This document shows positions 37,845-50,829 of a stretch of DNA of 64,000 bases, in pieces. This stretch comes from Eledone cirrhosa (Eukaryota), in assembly GCA_964016885.1 (NCBI GenBank), contig OZ024743.1, forward strand, positions 302,560,001 to 302,624,000, in the 5' to 3' direction. Position 1 is the first letter of the stretch; every line of letters begins with the position of its first letter. A program made the translations under genes and the position numbers. The notes beneath the pieces were generated by a model. It worked only from the letters and a program-made list of their open reading frames with translations, was not told the DNA's origin and did no database searches.

Positions 37845-38670
37845 TACGAGGTTTCTCCCAATAGTAACGGTAATTATGTTTTATTTCATATTTTATTACA
37901 TATTGTCTCCTTCAAATTACGAACCACGGTAATCTTGCAATGCTCACACCATTTTTTTCCTTTGTTTTAGTAGTAGCTGAAGTCATTTTCTCTCGGAGTC
38001 CTTAGATTGTCGGTACATTTTTTGTATGTTTTACACATCCCCAAAACGATAACCGATCAACATCGATATCTACTTAAGGAAAGGTAGAAAACACACGGAA
38101 CTAGATCTGGGCTTTTGGGAGAAAATGGAAGAGGGAATATTATTCTACGTCAGAAATTCACTAATTGAATGTGCTGTGTTTTGCACAACTTTTTTTTTAC
38201 ACGTGAAAAGGGAATGTTAAAAGTCTGTGAACTACAATTTTATCAAAGCGCGTTTCTCTTCCAATCATTCTGTCACTTTATTGGCAACCACCGCTTGCAC
38301 CATTACCAGATTTTGTTTATTTGTTTACTGGTCTGTCCTTCCCTCTTCGGCCCTCTTTGAGAGCTTTGTGTCATTTACAATATAATACTTCTCGATGAAG
38401 TTGCATTCCAGTATGCTGGTGTTATACATCTAAATGTCTGTGGCAGATTTCTTGAGTTTCACACGAAATTTACTTGCATCGCAAACTTAAAAGTAATTAT
38501 AAATGCTTTTAGACATAAACCTCAATAACTCACGACTGTCTCAAACCAGCATGTTCAATCAACCATGTACATGCAGCCAATGTCATTCCAAACAAGGCTG
38601 TATACATAAAAATCGGGCTGATATCCTATGCCATACATAGACAAAATTAGTTCCTTTTCTTTTGAAATAA
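37845..38670. mobile_element. Possible mariner-like remnant
   Basis: TA-cgagg....aatagtaacggtaat resembles mariner TIR starts. No intact transposase and the right end is uncertain. Confidence 0.3.
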
Positions 38671-38799
38671 AATTTGATTTAAATTTGAAATTTGAAATAA
38701 ACTTTTGATTTTTCAAATATTAGGTTGCAGCAATTCACTATTCGTGCCAAGCATTACATATCTTCATTAATCCTGGGTAATGACATAAAGAATACGATC

Positions 38800-39236
38800 C
38801 CTAATATAAGTGACAGAAATGAGGAACCTCCGAAGTGTCTTTATAGTAATGTTACTCGATAGAGTCCATAGTTCGAAGAACAGAGTGTGGCCCCAGGTAG
38901 GACGACTACCTCTAAGAATTGAGAGATCACAGCTCTGATATTTTGGGCTTGTATATAGAATGTCTCAGGACGTAATAGCTAGACAGATTTTACGGGTAAT
39001 TTCAACCGGCAGGTGACCCAGGTGAAGACACCCTACTAGAGGGATGACTAAACATCCATTAGCTGAACTGGTTCAGCTTGGATATGATGGATATAGTTGC
39101 TTCGAACAGGATGCGCTGGAAGAAGAAGAAGAAGAAGAAGAAGAAGAAGAAGAAGAAGAAGAAGAAGAAGAAGAAGAAGAAGAAGAAGAAGAAGAAGAAG
39201 AAGAAGAAGAAGAAGAAGAAGAAGAAGAAGAAGAAG
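38800..39236 (+). mobile_element. Degenerate RTE-like 3' end followed by (GAA)n
   Basis: ..DIVASNRMRW is a terminal motif that runs straight into a long GAA array (39119-39236). Confidence 0.45.
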
Positions 39237-39278
39237 AGTATAATTATAATTATTATTATTATTATTATTATTATTATT

Positions 39279-39772
39279 GTTCTTTGAGTCTCAGTCATTG
39301 ATGTTAGTTAACTGGAAAGTTTGTTGAAATGAATATCAAGCCACTACCTGCAGCCTAAGATATTCAGAACGTATCTGAGGGTTCTTGCTGTTCCGGGCAA
39401 GCATGCCTTTTGAAGCGTTCCAAAAAGCGTGGCGGGGTCAATTTTCTTTAACCATCCCTGGAAACTTTTAGAGATAGTACCTAGTGCGCCTATGACAATC
39501 CGGACCACTTTGACTTCATGGCAGTTCCAAATCTTTTTTACCTCCCGCATTAAGTCCTGGTATCGTTTAATTTTCTCTCTCTCCTTCTCTTGCACTCTTG
39601 TGTCGAATGGGCAGGCCACATCCACAATCAGGCAAGATCTTTTTTCCTTGTCCAAAACCACCAGGTCAGGTCTATTGTGTTCTAGTTCCTTGTCCGTCTG
39701 TATCTTAAAATCTCACAGCACCTTCACCTGATAGTTTTCTATCACCGACTCTGGCTTATGCTCATACCACTT

Positions 39773-39776
<4 letters not shown>
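39279..39776 (-). mobile_element. 5'-truncated R4/Dong-like LINE (RLE domain and 3' UTR) flanked by (TAA)n on both sides
   Basis: NRPDLVVLDKEKRSCLIVDVACPFDTRV..RYQDL..IVIGALG, close to 50830-51335. Confidence 0.9.
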
Positions 39777-39808
<32 letters not shown>

Positions 39809-40301
39809 GGAGACCTACGTAGTAAATCGTATCATCGTGAGCTCCGCAAATGTTTGTTATGTTCATTTGTTTAAAATTGCCATTTATGGAAAATGTTTAT
39901 TGTTAACTGTATATAAGTGCACATACATTGATTTCTGAAAAGGACTCTCAAAAATATTGGGGCCTTCAGCCCAAAATTTAAACTTTTTATAATTATCAAA
40001 CAAACATTTTTCTTTGAAAAATCATGGATGTCTCAGAGTCACTCCTTCCTCACACTCTAACACCATTGTAAATATTGCTACGTTTGCCAACACTGGAAAT
40101 GTAAGCAGTACCAATATTTTAAATTTGTCTCAGGCAGACGTTCATTTCCCGCCATTACCAATGACTGCAGGTGTTAAAGCCGCCACCAACACCACCACCA
40201 CCACCACCGCGACAACCACCAGCCCCACCACCACCACAGCGACAACAGAAAAAAAAGAAAAAAATTAATTAACTCGTGATATCGAAATGAATTAAACCAA
40301 A

Positions 40302-42136
40302 ATGAACTCTCCCACACCTAACATCACTGACGCCACCACCACCACAACTGAAACTAAAATTAACAATAGCAAAAATAACGATAACAACAACAGCAACAAT
40401 GAAATTAAGAAAACTACCCTGAGTTTTGCCAGAGTAGCAAAAACGTGCGAAGCGATCCAGGTAACTCAGGAGGAATTAGAAGAAGCCAAAGGAATGGTAA
40501 AGAAAGATGGGTACAGGGTCAGCCCCCCCCCCCCCCCCCCCCCTCCACCCACCTAATAAAATGGAGCAACGTCGCCTATGCACCGTGTCCTATCGAACAA
40601 TTCACATAAAATCGCGCCGAGTGGAACGGGCATCCGAGTCCCAAATCCAAAAAGCTTTGGGACATGTGTGGGCAAAAAAAAATCCACATCAGACGTGGGC
40701 AGAAGTATGGACGTGTTCTTTGAAACAGCACAAGAGGCCAGAGAACACTCCATGGCCCCATTAAGAAGTGACGACTTCACACTCATCCCAAGATATTGTG
40801 ACCAGAGACTTGTGAAGGTCAGGGTGACCCACGTTCCAACGGCCATCGAAATTCCCTGGCTAATGGATGCCGTCCTCGCCGGCATCTAGGCCAACACCAA
40901 AATAATAGAAATAGCAAAAGAAAAGCAGGAGAACTGGTCCGGATCTTGGATGGAGCTCCTGATCGAAGCGGACCATAAAAGCATTGAGGAGATCCCAGAG
41001 GTAATAGACCTCACTCACGGCAGCCACCTCACCGTAATCGTGGAGGGCAGAATACCTAGGTGTGTCGTTTGTGGTGAAGAAACCCACCTAAGGGTTTTCT
41101 GCCCTCAGGCTAAAAGGTGGAGGCCACCTCTCTTACCCACCCCAGTGACTCAACCATCAACACCACCAGCAGCAGAAATGGCAGAAACAACAGGAGCGAC
41201 TGTAGCAGCAACAACCCCAGCAACAGTAGCAAAACCAACACCTCCACCACCCAACGCGTCAGAACTAGCACCAGCGCCTACACAATCCACCACGCCACAA
41301 CCAAAACCAACGCATGTGGAGGATTTTCCACTCCCCAGCTTATCGCAACTGGAGACAGATTGTGAAGACGAGGAGTGAGAAACGGTATCAGGAAAAAAGA
41401 AAAAAAGAAACCAAAAAAGAAAAAAGTCTCTTCCTTTCCCCTCCAAAAACAAAATACAGAGGGAAACAAATAAATTAACAACCAAAAAAGTTAGGACAGA
41501 TATGCCACCATCCACACCAGCTTCACGAACCCCATCACCACAAACACCAACACCATCACCATCATTAACCCCAACACCACCATTACCAACACCACAAAAG
41601 TCACCAAAAAGCGTAAAAGAAACAAACCCACAACAAACGCAAACAAAACAAAACAACCAAAATGATATAAACTACACAGCAGGCAGTATTGGTAGAGAGT
41701 CGGACGCCATGCTTTCCAGCATAGTTACGTCCCTTTACGATCTGAGTTCAAATCCCGCCGAGGTTGACTTTGCCTTTCATCCTTACGGGGTCGATAAAAT
41801 AAAGTACCAGTAATGAACTGAGTATTTGCTGGCCTTTTCCTAAAGTAGAAACAATTAAATTTGAACAACAAACAATTATTACACTACATGCAACACAACA
41901 CCAGCATCACAGAAAAAGACTACACAGCAACCCAAAAGTTCACACCACCTCCATACATACAAACCACTCGCATCACACAGAAAACGTACACTAAACTAAA
42001 ACAAAAATTCCACAAAGACATCGGAGAGTTCCGACAAACACTCTCCAGGAGGATTTATAAGGACATCCTTCCGGGGGAGGCCACAAGCAGTGAAAAGGAT
42101 GGACAAACCATCCTTCCTCTACGAGAAGTAAGGTAA
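40302..42136 (+). pseudogene. Tx1-like ORF1 (gag-like, CCHC knuckle, Pro/Thr-rich), disrupted
   Basis: Fragments 40302..40556, 40578..40889, 40950..41378, 41502.. and 41861..42136. Interrupted by a SINE. Confidence 0.65.
41680..41856 (+). mobile_element. tRNA-derived SINE nested in Tx1 ORF1
   Basis: ggcagtattggtagagagtcggacgccatgc..ctgagttcaaatcccgccgaggttgactttgcctttcatccttacggggtcgataaaataaagtaccag. Confidence 0.9.
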
Positions 42137-42170
42137 GTGTTCTTTCCCATCTTTTCCACTCCATTTCAAC

Positions 42171-45100
42171 ATGACCTCTCTCAGAATAGGCTGCATAAAT
42201 GCGCGTGGCTTGGGGTCGTCATGGAAGCAGGGCCACCTGCTCAACGATCTCAGGTCACTAAACATAGATGTAGTGGCTATCAGCGAGACCAGAATCTCCG
42301 AAGCACGGGCCTTCGCACCGATCTTCGGCGGCTACGATGTGTACGCATCTCCCAGCCGTCCGGTATCGGGGGGAGGAGTTGCTGTGCTTCTTCGGAGAGG
42401 TTTGGATCTCGCCATACGGGCCATCTTCCTGGACCCAGAAGGTAAGTTGGTGTTGCTAGACGTGACCAACGGAGACGGGCAAGCTTTCAGGCTAGTGGCC
42501 GTCTATGCCCCGACTGGAGTAGGGCGGCCTGATTTATTCCGGCGTCTGGAGACCTTCCTTGGAACCTCCCGCTCTTTAGTGTTAGTGGGCGACTGTGTGG
42601 GATTAGCGGTGGAGGAGGGTGCAAGAGCCTCACCAACCTGCTCAGGGATTTTGAACTGTCTGACAGGTACCGATTGGATTTCCCGAAGGTGCCAATGTGG
42701 ACTTGGATAAATCGCATAGGTTCATCCAGATCATATCTAGAGAGATTAGTTTGTAGAGAACTAGATAGGTCTAGCATAGGCTGTCCACAATTCAAGATAG
42801 TCAGCGACACGGACCACAAATTCGTGATCTGTGTGCTTGACTTAGATAGGCTTCATAGACGAGGACCCGGCTACTGGAAGCTAAACCCGTCCTTACCAGC
42901 GCGCAAGGCCTACAGAGACCGGATTAGCGAACTAGTTAAGCGGGCGTTGACGGGGGCCATCGTCAACAACAAGTGGTGGTTTTCTCTGAGAAGAGCAATT
43001 AGAATAGAGTCCATTAGGTTTAGTAAGGCTTTAGCAATAGAGAGAAATAGAGCAGAGGGAGAATTAGTTAGAAAATTAGACGAGGCGCTTATCAATGGCA
43101 TCGCGACCGACGTGCTTGCGGCGAAATTGGCCCTTGACTAATTCTTCAATGCACAGCACGAAGGCTGCGTTGTCAGAGCTAGGGTGCGTGCTCTCAGACA
43201 TGAGGGGACGAACGCCGTTCAATGGGCCCGAGCGGCGGAGGCGCGTTGTGGCAACAAATCCACGATCCGGTCTTTGGTGGACCACTACGGGCGGATGCTA
43301 CTCGATCCCGGTCAAATGTTGTTCCGGGGCAGCGGCGGGCCAGATCGAGGGATGGACTTTAGTGTCTACCTCGACGGACTGCCGCGGCTCTCGACCACTG
43401 AGGCGGAGTGTTGCGAAAAGCCGATAACAGCCGCTGAAGTTCGGGAGGCAATGACTAGCTGCACATGGGGTAAATCGCCTGGTTTGGATGGTCTGCCCTA
43501 TGAACGTTACGTACATATGCCAGAATTGTTCGGAGGCCTCTTAGCGGACATCTACTGCAACTGGCAACAGAACGGGAGAATTGCCTGCTCTGTGAGCCGA
43601 GGAGCTGTGACGCTGCTGAGAAAGGATCCGAAGAATGGGGAAACATAGATAATTTTAGGCCGATAACTCTGCTAAACACAGAGTTCAAGATTTTGGACAA
43701 GGTGCTAGCAAAGAGGTTGGCGCTTGTCGTTGGTGGTCTGGTGGGAGAGGCGGAGACATGCTCCATTACCGACAGATCCATCCAGGACAAGCTCCACCTC
43801 ATGCGATACATCGTAGAGAGGGTAGCTAGAGAACCTGGCACGGGTGGGTCCTTGATCAATTTAGATCATTCGAAAGCTTTCGATAGGGTCGACCATCGTT
43901 ACTTAGCGGCAGTCCTGAGGGCGGCTGGCTTTGGGCCCGTCTTCAGAGGCTGGATCGCTGCCATGCACAGCAACATCTCCTCGGTGGTGAGAGTGAACGG
44001 TCACCTTTCGGAACCGTTCAACATCATGCGCTCGGTCCGCCAAAGATGTCCCCTCTCGTCTCTCTTGTACGTATTGACTCTCGAACCATTACTGCACAAA
44101 CTGGATAGTTCAGGGGGGTCCCGCGCGAACTAGGATGCGGAAGATCCGTGTCAGCATATGCGGACGATGTCACCGTAGGGATGTCGAACGCCAAACACAT
44201 CGAGACGATCGGCACTATACTCAGAGAATACGAAGCGGTGACAGGAGCAATGATCAACCAGGAAAAGTCAGTGGGCCTGCAGCTCGGCACCTGGAGAGGC
44301 AGGTCCATGCCGTCCAACAGCGTCGTCGGACGCTAGACGGACGGAGCAGTTAAATTGCTCGGGGTCTGGTTCGGTCCGGATGTCCAGACGGACAACAACT
44401 GGGACGAAATGACGAGCAGGGTGGCTTCTCTCACCCAGAAATGGGCGAGAGGAAGCTATCCCTGAAAGGTGGAGCGGAGGTGGCTAACGCGTATATCGCG
44501 TCCGTCATCTACTACCGCCTGACCGTCGTACCTTGTCCTAAGCCCCGCCTGACTGCGCTGGAGCGTTTGCTCTTTAGCTTTTTGTGGAAGGGACGCGCTC
44601 CGATGGTCAGGCGGTCCATCTGCTGTCAACACCCGCTACGTGGAGGGCTGGGAATGCCGTGGCTGATGATGCGCAAACCCGCGCTCAGGCTACGACATCT
44701 CCACCTCTTCCTCGACGGTGATCAGGTGAGGTCTCCGTTTGCTAGACGTGTCTTTCCCCAGCTCGTCACCTTGACGGAACTGCAGTATGGGTCAAGCGAA
44801 GACCGAGAGGGAGCGCTTGGAGACTGGAATGTTTTCAGGCGCTCACAGCCCTCGACCAATCGGGCAATGTGATCGGTGGAAACTCCACCTTGGCGTTCTA
44901 TAGAGGATTAGTGGAGGGGAAGAGCGACGACGTACTTGGGGAAACTCTAGGCGTCGACGAAAATCAACTAGCCAATCTCTTCGGAAGAACTTTCGGGCCG
45001 GGGCCTATGGACAACTTCCAGAAATCTCTGGCCTGGCAGTGCTACCGAGGAGCTTTGCCAGTTCGGGATAAACTCTACAGGCATGGAGGTGCCGTCAGTC

Positions 45101-45521
45101 GGGCATGTTTGAGATGCGCGCAGGGTGACGAAACCGTCCTGCACGCACTCGTCCAGTGTCCGAGCATTGCTGACATGTGGGTTTATGTCGAACACCTGCT
45201 GTCGCGTGTAGGACGGATCTGGCTATCAGCTGAGTCCATCGTGAGGATTGCCCCGCCCTCTTCCTTTAGCCGGGAAAGGCAGGCTTTTTTTATCTGTCTG
45301 GTGGCCATGGCGAAAGAGATAGTATGGTTGACACGTTTGAAAGGGCTTAAGATGAGCACTTACCTCTTCGGTAATGCCCTGAATAACTTTTTCAAATTTC
45401 ATTTGAAAAGGAAAATCAGGGTAGAAAGGTAAGTGCTCTCTTCCCAGCATTTTGTTGAAAGATGGGTGTGAGAGGCAAGAATGGCCCGAGTGAATCGGCC
45501 TACTCTGAGTATTTGCCTGTA
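42171..45521 (+). pseudogene. Tx1-like ORF2 (APE endonuclease, RT, Zn finger), multiple frameshifts
   Basis: Collinear fragments 42171..42710, 42674..43141, 43184..43648, 43693..44133, 44148..44336, 44441..44872 and 44869..45432. Confidence 0.88.
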
Positions 45522-45790
45522 AATTAAAGGTGGAAAACTGGGAGAGGGCACTTGCCCTGGTGGTCAGGGTCACTGTGGATTTTTAATGGGCTTTATCCAA
45601 GAATGTTCATCGGAAGTCTCCCCCCTATTAGGGAATTTTTTCATTGTTCTATTATTACATCCTCTGTTTCTTGTTTTTTACACGCATAAATGCCCATTTT
45701 TACCGTCCTGTATTGCCCTGCACTGTCCTTAATGTCTACTTTATGTAAACCCTTGTGGTTAATAAATAAATCATTGTTATTATTACTATT

Positions 45791-48700
45791 ACAATTGCAT
45801 TTATCTTGCTTTATGTTCATACGAGTTATCACCAAGTCACAACCAGTGACCTCAAGAGACAACAATGTCCGCCATGTTCAAGAAAGAACATACATACTCA
45901 CACATGCATCTTTAGAGTTTAGACTTGTGATGTACTTATATTGACAGAATCTTCCTTAGTATACAAAAGATAGTACTAATGGGCAGTTCCCATTAGTACT
46001 ATCTTTTGTATTTCTCCTATACGCGGGTTTCCTGGGATTTGCGATAAGTAATCATTAGACCCTTAGGTATCATTCCCAGAGCGCCTACAACCACTGGTAT
46101 TGTTTTAGTTCGCAATTTCCACATTTTTCCAATTTCTATCTCCAGGTCCTTATACTTGCTCAATTTTTCAAATGTTTTTATAGATACATTCTTGTCTATT
46201 GGAACAGACATATCAATTAGCAGGCATACCCTCTTTTTAAAGTCCTTCAATATTATATCAGGTCTATTTGCAACTATTTTTCGGTTTGTTTGGATGCTAA
46301 AGTTCCACAAGATTGAGATGTGATCTTTTTCATGTATGGGAGGTGGTTGATGCTCCCACCAATTCTTTTGATGGGGCAAGTCAAAATGCTTACACATTAT
46401 CCAATGTATGTATTGTGCAGCTCTGTCATGCCTGTTTAGGTATTCGGTTGGAGCTATAGAGCTGCACATTGAAATTATATGGTCAATGGTCTCTGGTTGT
46501 TTTTTGCATACATGGCATAATGGGCTGCATCCATTTTTTATTATGTTGGCTTGGTAATTTTTTGTTGGCAGACACTGATCTTGTGCTGATATAATCAGTC
46601 CTTCAGTCTCCGATTTCAGTCCAGAGGATGCCAAACACTGATGGGTTAAAGTTTTGGCAACATGATGTTGCAAATTCTGCTCGCTCTGGGTATTTTCCAT
46701 ACAGAGGCTTTTCTTGCCATTTCTTAGCCAGTTTCTGTAGCAGTTCTTGCTTTGCAGTTACTTTTACCTGCTTTGCTTTTTCTGTGTTTTCCATTTCAGC
46801 AGTAAATGGGACTTCTGAAATTTGTAGTCCATTACTGTATCTTTGTGCATCTTTTGTAATGGAATATGTTCTTTTGATGCTTTTGTGTTTCAAAACGAGT
46901 TTGATCATCCAATCATGTGATTCCCTTAGATATGTAGATAATCCAATTGTTACAATTTTCAACGCAATGTCTAACTGGATTAACCCACGTCCTCCTTCTT
47001 TCCTAGGGAGATATATTCTATCTATATCTGCCTTAGGGTGATGCATTATGTGCATGGTTAAGAATTTTCGAATTTTTGTATCGAGCCTACTGATCTCTGT
47101 GCTTGACCAGTTGATGACATTGTAACTGCAGGTTACTACTGGTATGGCAAGCGTGTTTATGGCATCGATCCTATTCCTTGCATTCAATTCCGTTCTTCAG
47201 ATTGCTCTTACTCTGCGGTTTCCTTCCTTATCCTTTCCCTCATTGTCGAGTGCTTGATTCCGTCTCCTTCACAAACACCTAGATATTTGTAAGTTTGTTC
47301 TTGATCAAGTTCTCTTATCACGTTCCTCCGATCAAGATTAATGTCTGAACTCCTCAGCAGCTTTCCTTTGGTGAACGTTGCTTTGGCTCATTTATCTAGT
47401 CCAAACTCCATTTTAATGTCATCACTGAACTGCTCCACGGTGGATAATAGCCCTTGCAATTGTTCATCATTTTTTGCAAATAGTTTCAGGTCATCCATGT
47501 AGAACAAGTGATTAATGGTTTTGTCATAGACTTTATATCCATGTTTTGTTTCATTGAGCATTTTACTTAATGGTATAAGTGCGATGCAGAATAAAAGCGG
47601 TGATAAAGAGTCACCCTGAACAATTCCACAATTAATATTAACTTCTCTACCTTCCAGTGATTTTGTTTCACTATTCAAAAGGAGTGTCGTTTTCTATGTC
47701 TTCATACTGAATGACAAAAACCTCCTGACAAAGGGAGATATTTTGAAAATCTCTAAACATTTTTCAATCCAACTGTGTGGCTAACTATCGAATGCTTTTT
47801 TATACTCTATCCAAGCAATTGATAGATGTTTGTGTCTATTATGACAATCTTCCAGTATCATTTTGTTAACCAAAAGCTGATCCTTACAGCCATATGAGCC
47901 TCGTTTACACCCTTTCTGCTCAATGGGAAATAGGTCATTTGTTATCAGGTGGTCATATGTGTATTCAGTTAGGACTGATGTTAACATTTTATACATTGTG
48001 GTCAAGCAAGTTATCGGTCTGTAATTTTTGGGATTGTTTGTCTAATCATTCTTCGGAAGCAGGAATGTAATGCCGTTAACTAGCCATGATGGTATCTTTT
48101 CTGGCTCCTTAACTATTTCATTGTAAAGTTGGGCTAACAGCTCATGAGACTCTGTGAAGGTATTTATCCAAAAGTTTTGTATTTTGTCTTTTCCTGGGGA
48201 TTTCCATTTGCTGATTTTTCTTAGAGCCAAGCGCAATTGTTCAACTGTTATATTTTCCCATATTTGTTCCTCAAGATGACCTGGGTCTTTCATTTGTTTG
48301 TCTATCCATGGGACATGTATGTTATGAACTTTTTCTTCCACCCAGATGTTTTCCCAGAATTCTTGCACTTCCTCCTTGGGTGGTATTGATTTAGCAGTTA
48401 TTGTTGACTTACCAATTCTTCTGTAGAAGTTTCTTTGGTTGTTTTTGAACATATTATTGTCCTTATAGAATCTAGATCGTTTTTCATAGCGCCTTATACG
48501 AGCAGCTTTGGCCGACACCTTCTGCTTGATTATTTCTATCAGCATGTCTATGTCACATGTTGATTTTATACTGTACTTTCTTTTCAATTTTCTAAGTTTA
48601 GTTTGTTTAACATGTTCACCTACTTTATAGTTTGTTAATATTTCTATGTCAGATCGGAGAAGGTTTATTTGGCGATTGATGTTCTCTTGCCAAGTAGATT

Positions 48701-49760
48701 TCTTGTGGGAATTCCTTTGTTTTTTCATCTTCACTCCACATAAGTGAGTGGTGACTTTAGCCGATGCATAATAGAGATGATTTAAATTAGTAATGTTTAG
48801 TTTGTTTGTGATGATAATGTTTTTGAGAATTATGTTAGTCTTGTGTATTATCTTCTGGTTCTGTTTGGAGTTCTGTATCTTAGGGAGGGTGTCTCGTTGC
48901 CCCATGTCAGATTCTTTCAATTTCAACCATTCGATCATAATTTCATCCTTCAAGTTGGCAAGTTCATTCTCATTCATTTCTTTATCATTTACGATCTCAT
49001 TATTTTCATTTGTAGTTTCATCTTGAGCATGCCCTCCCTCCACTTTTTCGATCCTTTCTTTAATTTGCTCTGTTGCCAGTGATTCCACCCCAACCCTGGG
49101 ATTCGAAGTGTTACAATTTACCTCGTTTTCACTGACACGTGTTTCATTTTCCCTTCGCTGACTTTGTGCTAATAGCTTGATCTGATCAATTTCTATATCA
49201 GTTAGTAACTTTTTTTTTACAATATTTCTTCATATATTGGCTAGTTTGTTACTGTCAATATAGCCTCTGTTTTCGGATGTTTCTTTTTCCAGTTGATATA
49301 TGTCTGTTCTGTATTCGATGTATTTGATGGGTAGTACATGGCAGTGTAGAAAGCCGCAAGGACTTCTTTATTATCTTCTCTTGACCATTTTTCTCTCTTT
49401 TTCTTTGGATTTCTTGGTGGTGAGCATGGAGGGCCAACAGTAGGAGTATTCCGGTTATGGGAGGTCTCCAGCTCCGAAGTGATGGGAAGGTTTGAACCAT
49501 TAGCTGATTTTTCGACCCCAGTCTGGTTCCTCTCTGAGGGACGCGGCCCCTTTTTACCCGGGTGACGGCCGATCCGGTATGAGATTTTATCATTAGACAT
49601 TTACTTTATTTTGTCGCGTTTTATACTTATCCGCCAAGGGGTAATCATTTCGTGTTACCACTTCTAGAACGAGTGTCAACCAAAACTAGAGGGGTCGTTC
49701 TCCCCTAGAGACACGGCTATTCCCCGCCGGCCGCCATGCCGGTATTTCTTGGTCACGGGG
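45791..49760 (-). mobile_element. Near full-length R4/Dong-like LINE, family 2 (RT, CCHC, RLE), decayed
   Basis: WKSPGKDKIQNFWI, EQKGCKRGSYGCKDQLL, GIVQGDSLSPLLF..INHLFYMDDLKL, CHVCKKQPETIDHIISMC, NRPDIILKD..LIDMSVP..KLSKYKDL. Degenerate (TAA)n tail at 45772-45791. Confidence 0.92.
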
Positions 49761-49847
49761 TTTTCTTTTTGTTGTTTTTTTTTTAAATTGTTATTAACAT
49801 GAGTGGTTCCTTAATGTGAGCATTGCGTGGCTTAAGAATGAAATTAT

Positions 49848-49900
49848 TAATAATTGTCTCCACTCCAGGCACAAGGCCAGCAATCACCCAGTGCATTACA
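49848..49900 (-). mobile_element. SINE 3' fragment
   Basis: taataattgtctccac..ggcacaaggccagcaatcacccagtgcattac. Confidence 0.6.
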
Positions 49901-50748
49901 ATAATATAATATATACGTTTTGCTGAAGTTGCCTGTTATTGTTGTTGGCTATGTCGGTGGTGGTGCTGGGGCTTTTTATATTGTTGGTGAGGAAGGGGGG
50001 AGCCAGCAGTGCCATAGTTGTTGACTATTGTAGACGTTTGGCCGGTGGCCATGTCACTAAGTCAATCTATTTATATCTTTTGCTAGCCTCTCCCTTGTCT
50101 AGTGATACCGCCACCTTCCCCTTTCTTAAGTTAACAGGGGAATAGTGGTGGTAGCAATGAAGGAGTGGTGGCGGCGGTGATGGGATAGTGGTAGCAATGA
50201 TGGATGGAGTGGTGGCGGCGGTGGCGTTGTCGTTACTGAGTGTTGTTATATGTAGTATCTCTGAGTTTGTATCGCGTATGTTTAATATATATTGTGTTGA
50301 CATATTCCCGTAAAATTGGAATTAAACATTTTGTTAAAACTTGAGACAATAGTAATTATTATTATGATGGTGGGATTGGTGGTGGTGGTGGTTGTAAAAT
50401 TGCCGTTATCTGGCTGTTATATTTAGTGTGATGGGGTAGGTGGTGTATCAAGTTTCTGGTGTTGGTGAAATTGCTGTTATTTGGCTGTTCTATATAGTGT
50501 AGACAGAGTTTGTTTTCTTCCATTTATAACCATTTTCTTTTTTGAATACAAAATATATAATACAAAATTGAATATTTGAACGATATAACAATATAATATG
50601 GATCCGAAATTTTATGGTACTTGATTCGGTGGTTTATGCATCATTTGTACTAAGAATTGTTATTTCACAATTGATTTAAATATGTTAAATATCAAAGACT
50701 TACGGGAGTGATTTCATGACCTTCTACCACCATGTGCGTCTTCTTCCC

Positions 50749-50821
<73 letters not shown>

Positions 50822-50829
50822 GTTGTTAT
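50749..50829. repeat. (TAT)n microsatellite, tail/target of the adjacent Dong-like LINE
   Basis: Direct reading of the sequence. Confidence 0.95.

Larger units (their letters stand above)
39809..45772 (+). mobile_element. Near full-length Tx1/L1-clade LINE (ORF1 with Zn knuckle, ORF2 APE-RT-ZnF), decayed
   Basis: ORF1 CVVCGEETHLRVFC. ORF2 MTSLRIGCINARGL..ISETR..AVYAP, GPGYWKLN, KSPGLDGLP, LDHSKAFDRV, SAYADDV, CLRC..DETVLHALVQC. 3' end aataaataaa. Confidence 0.92.
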
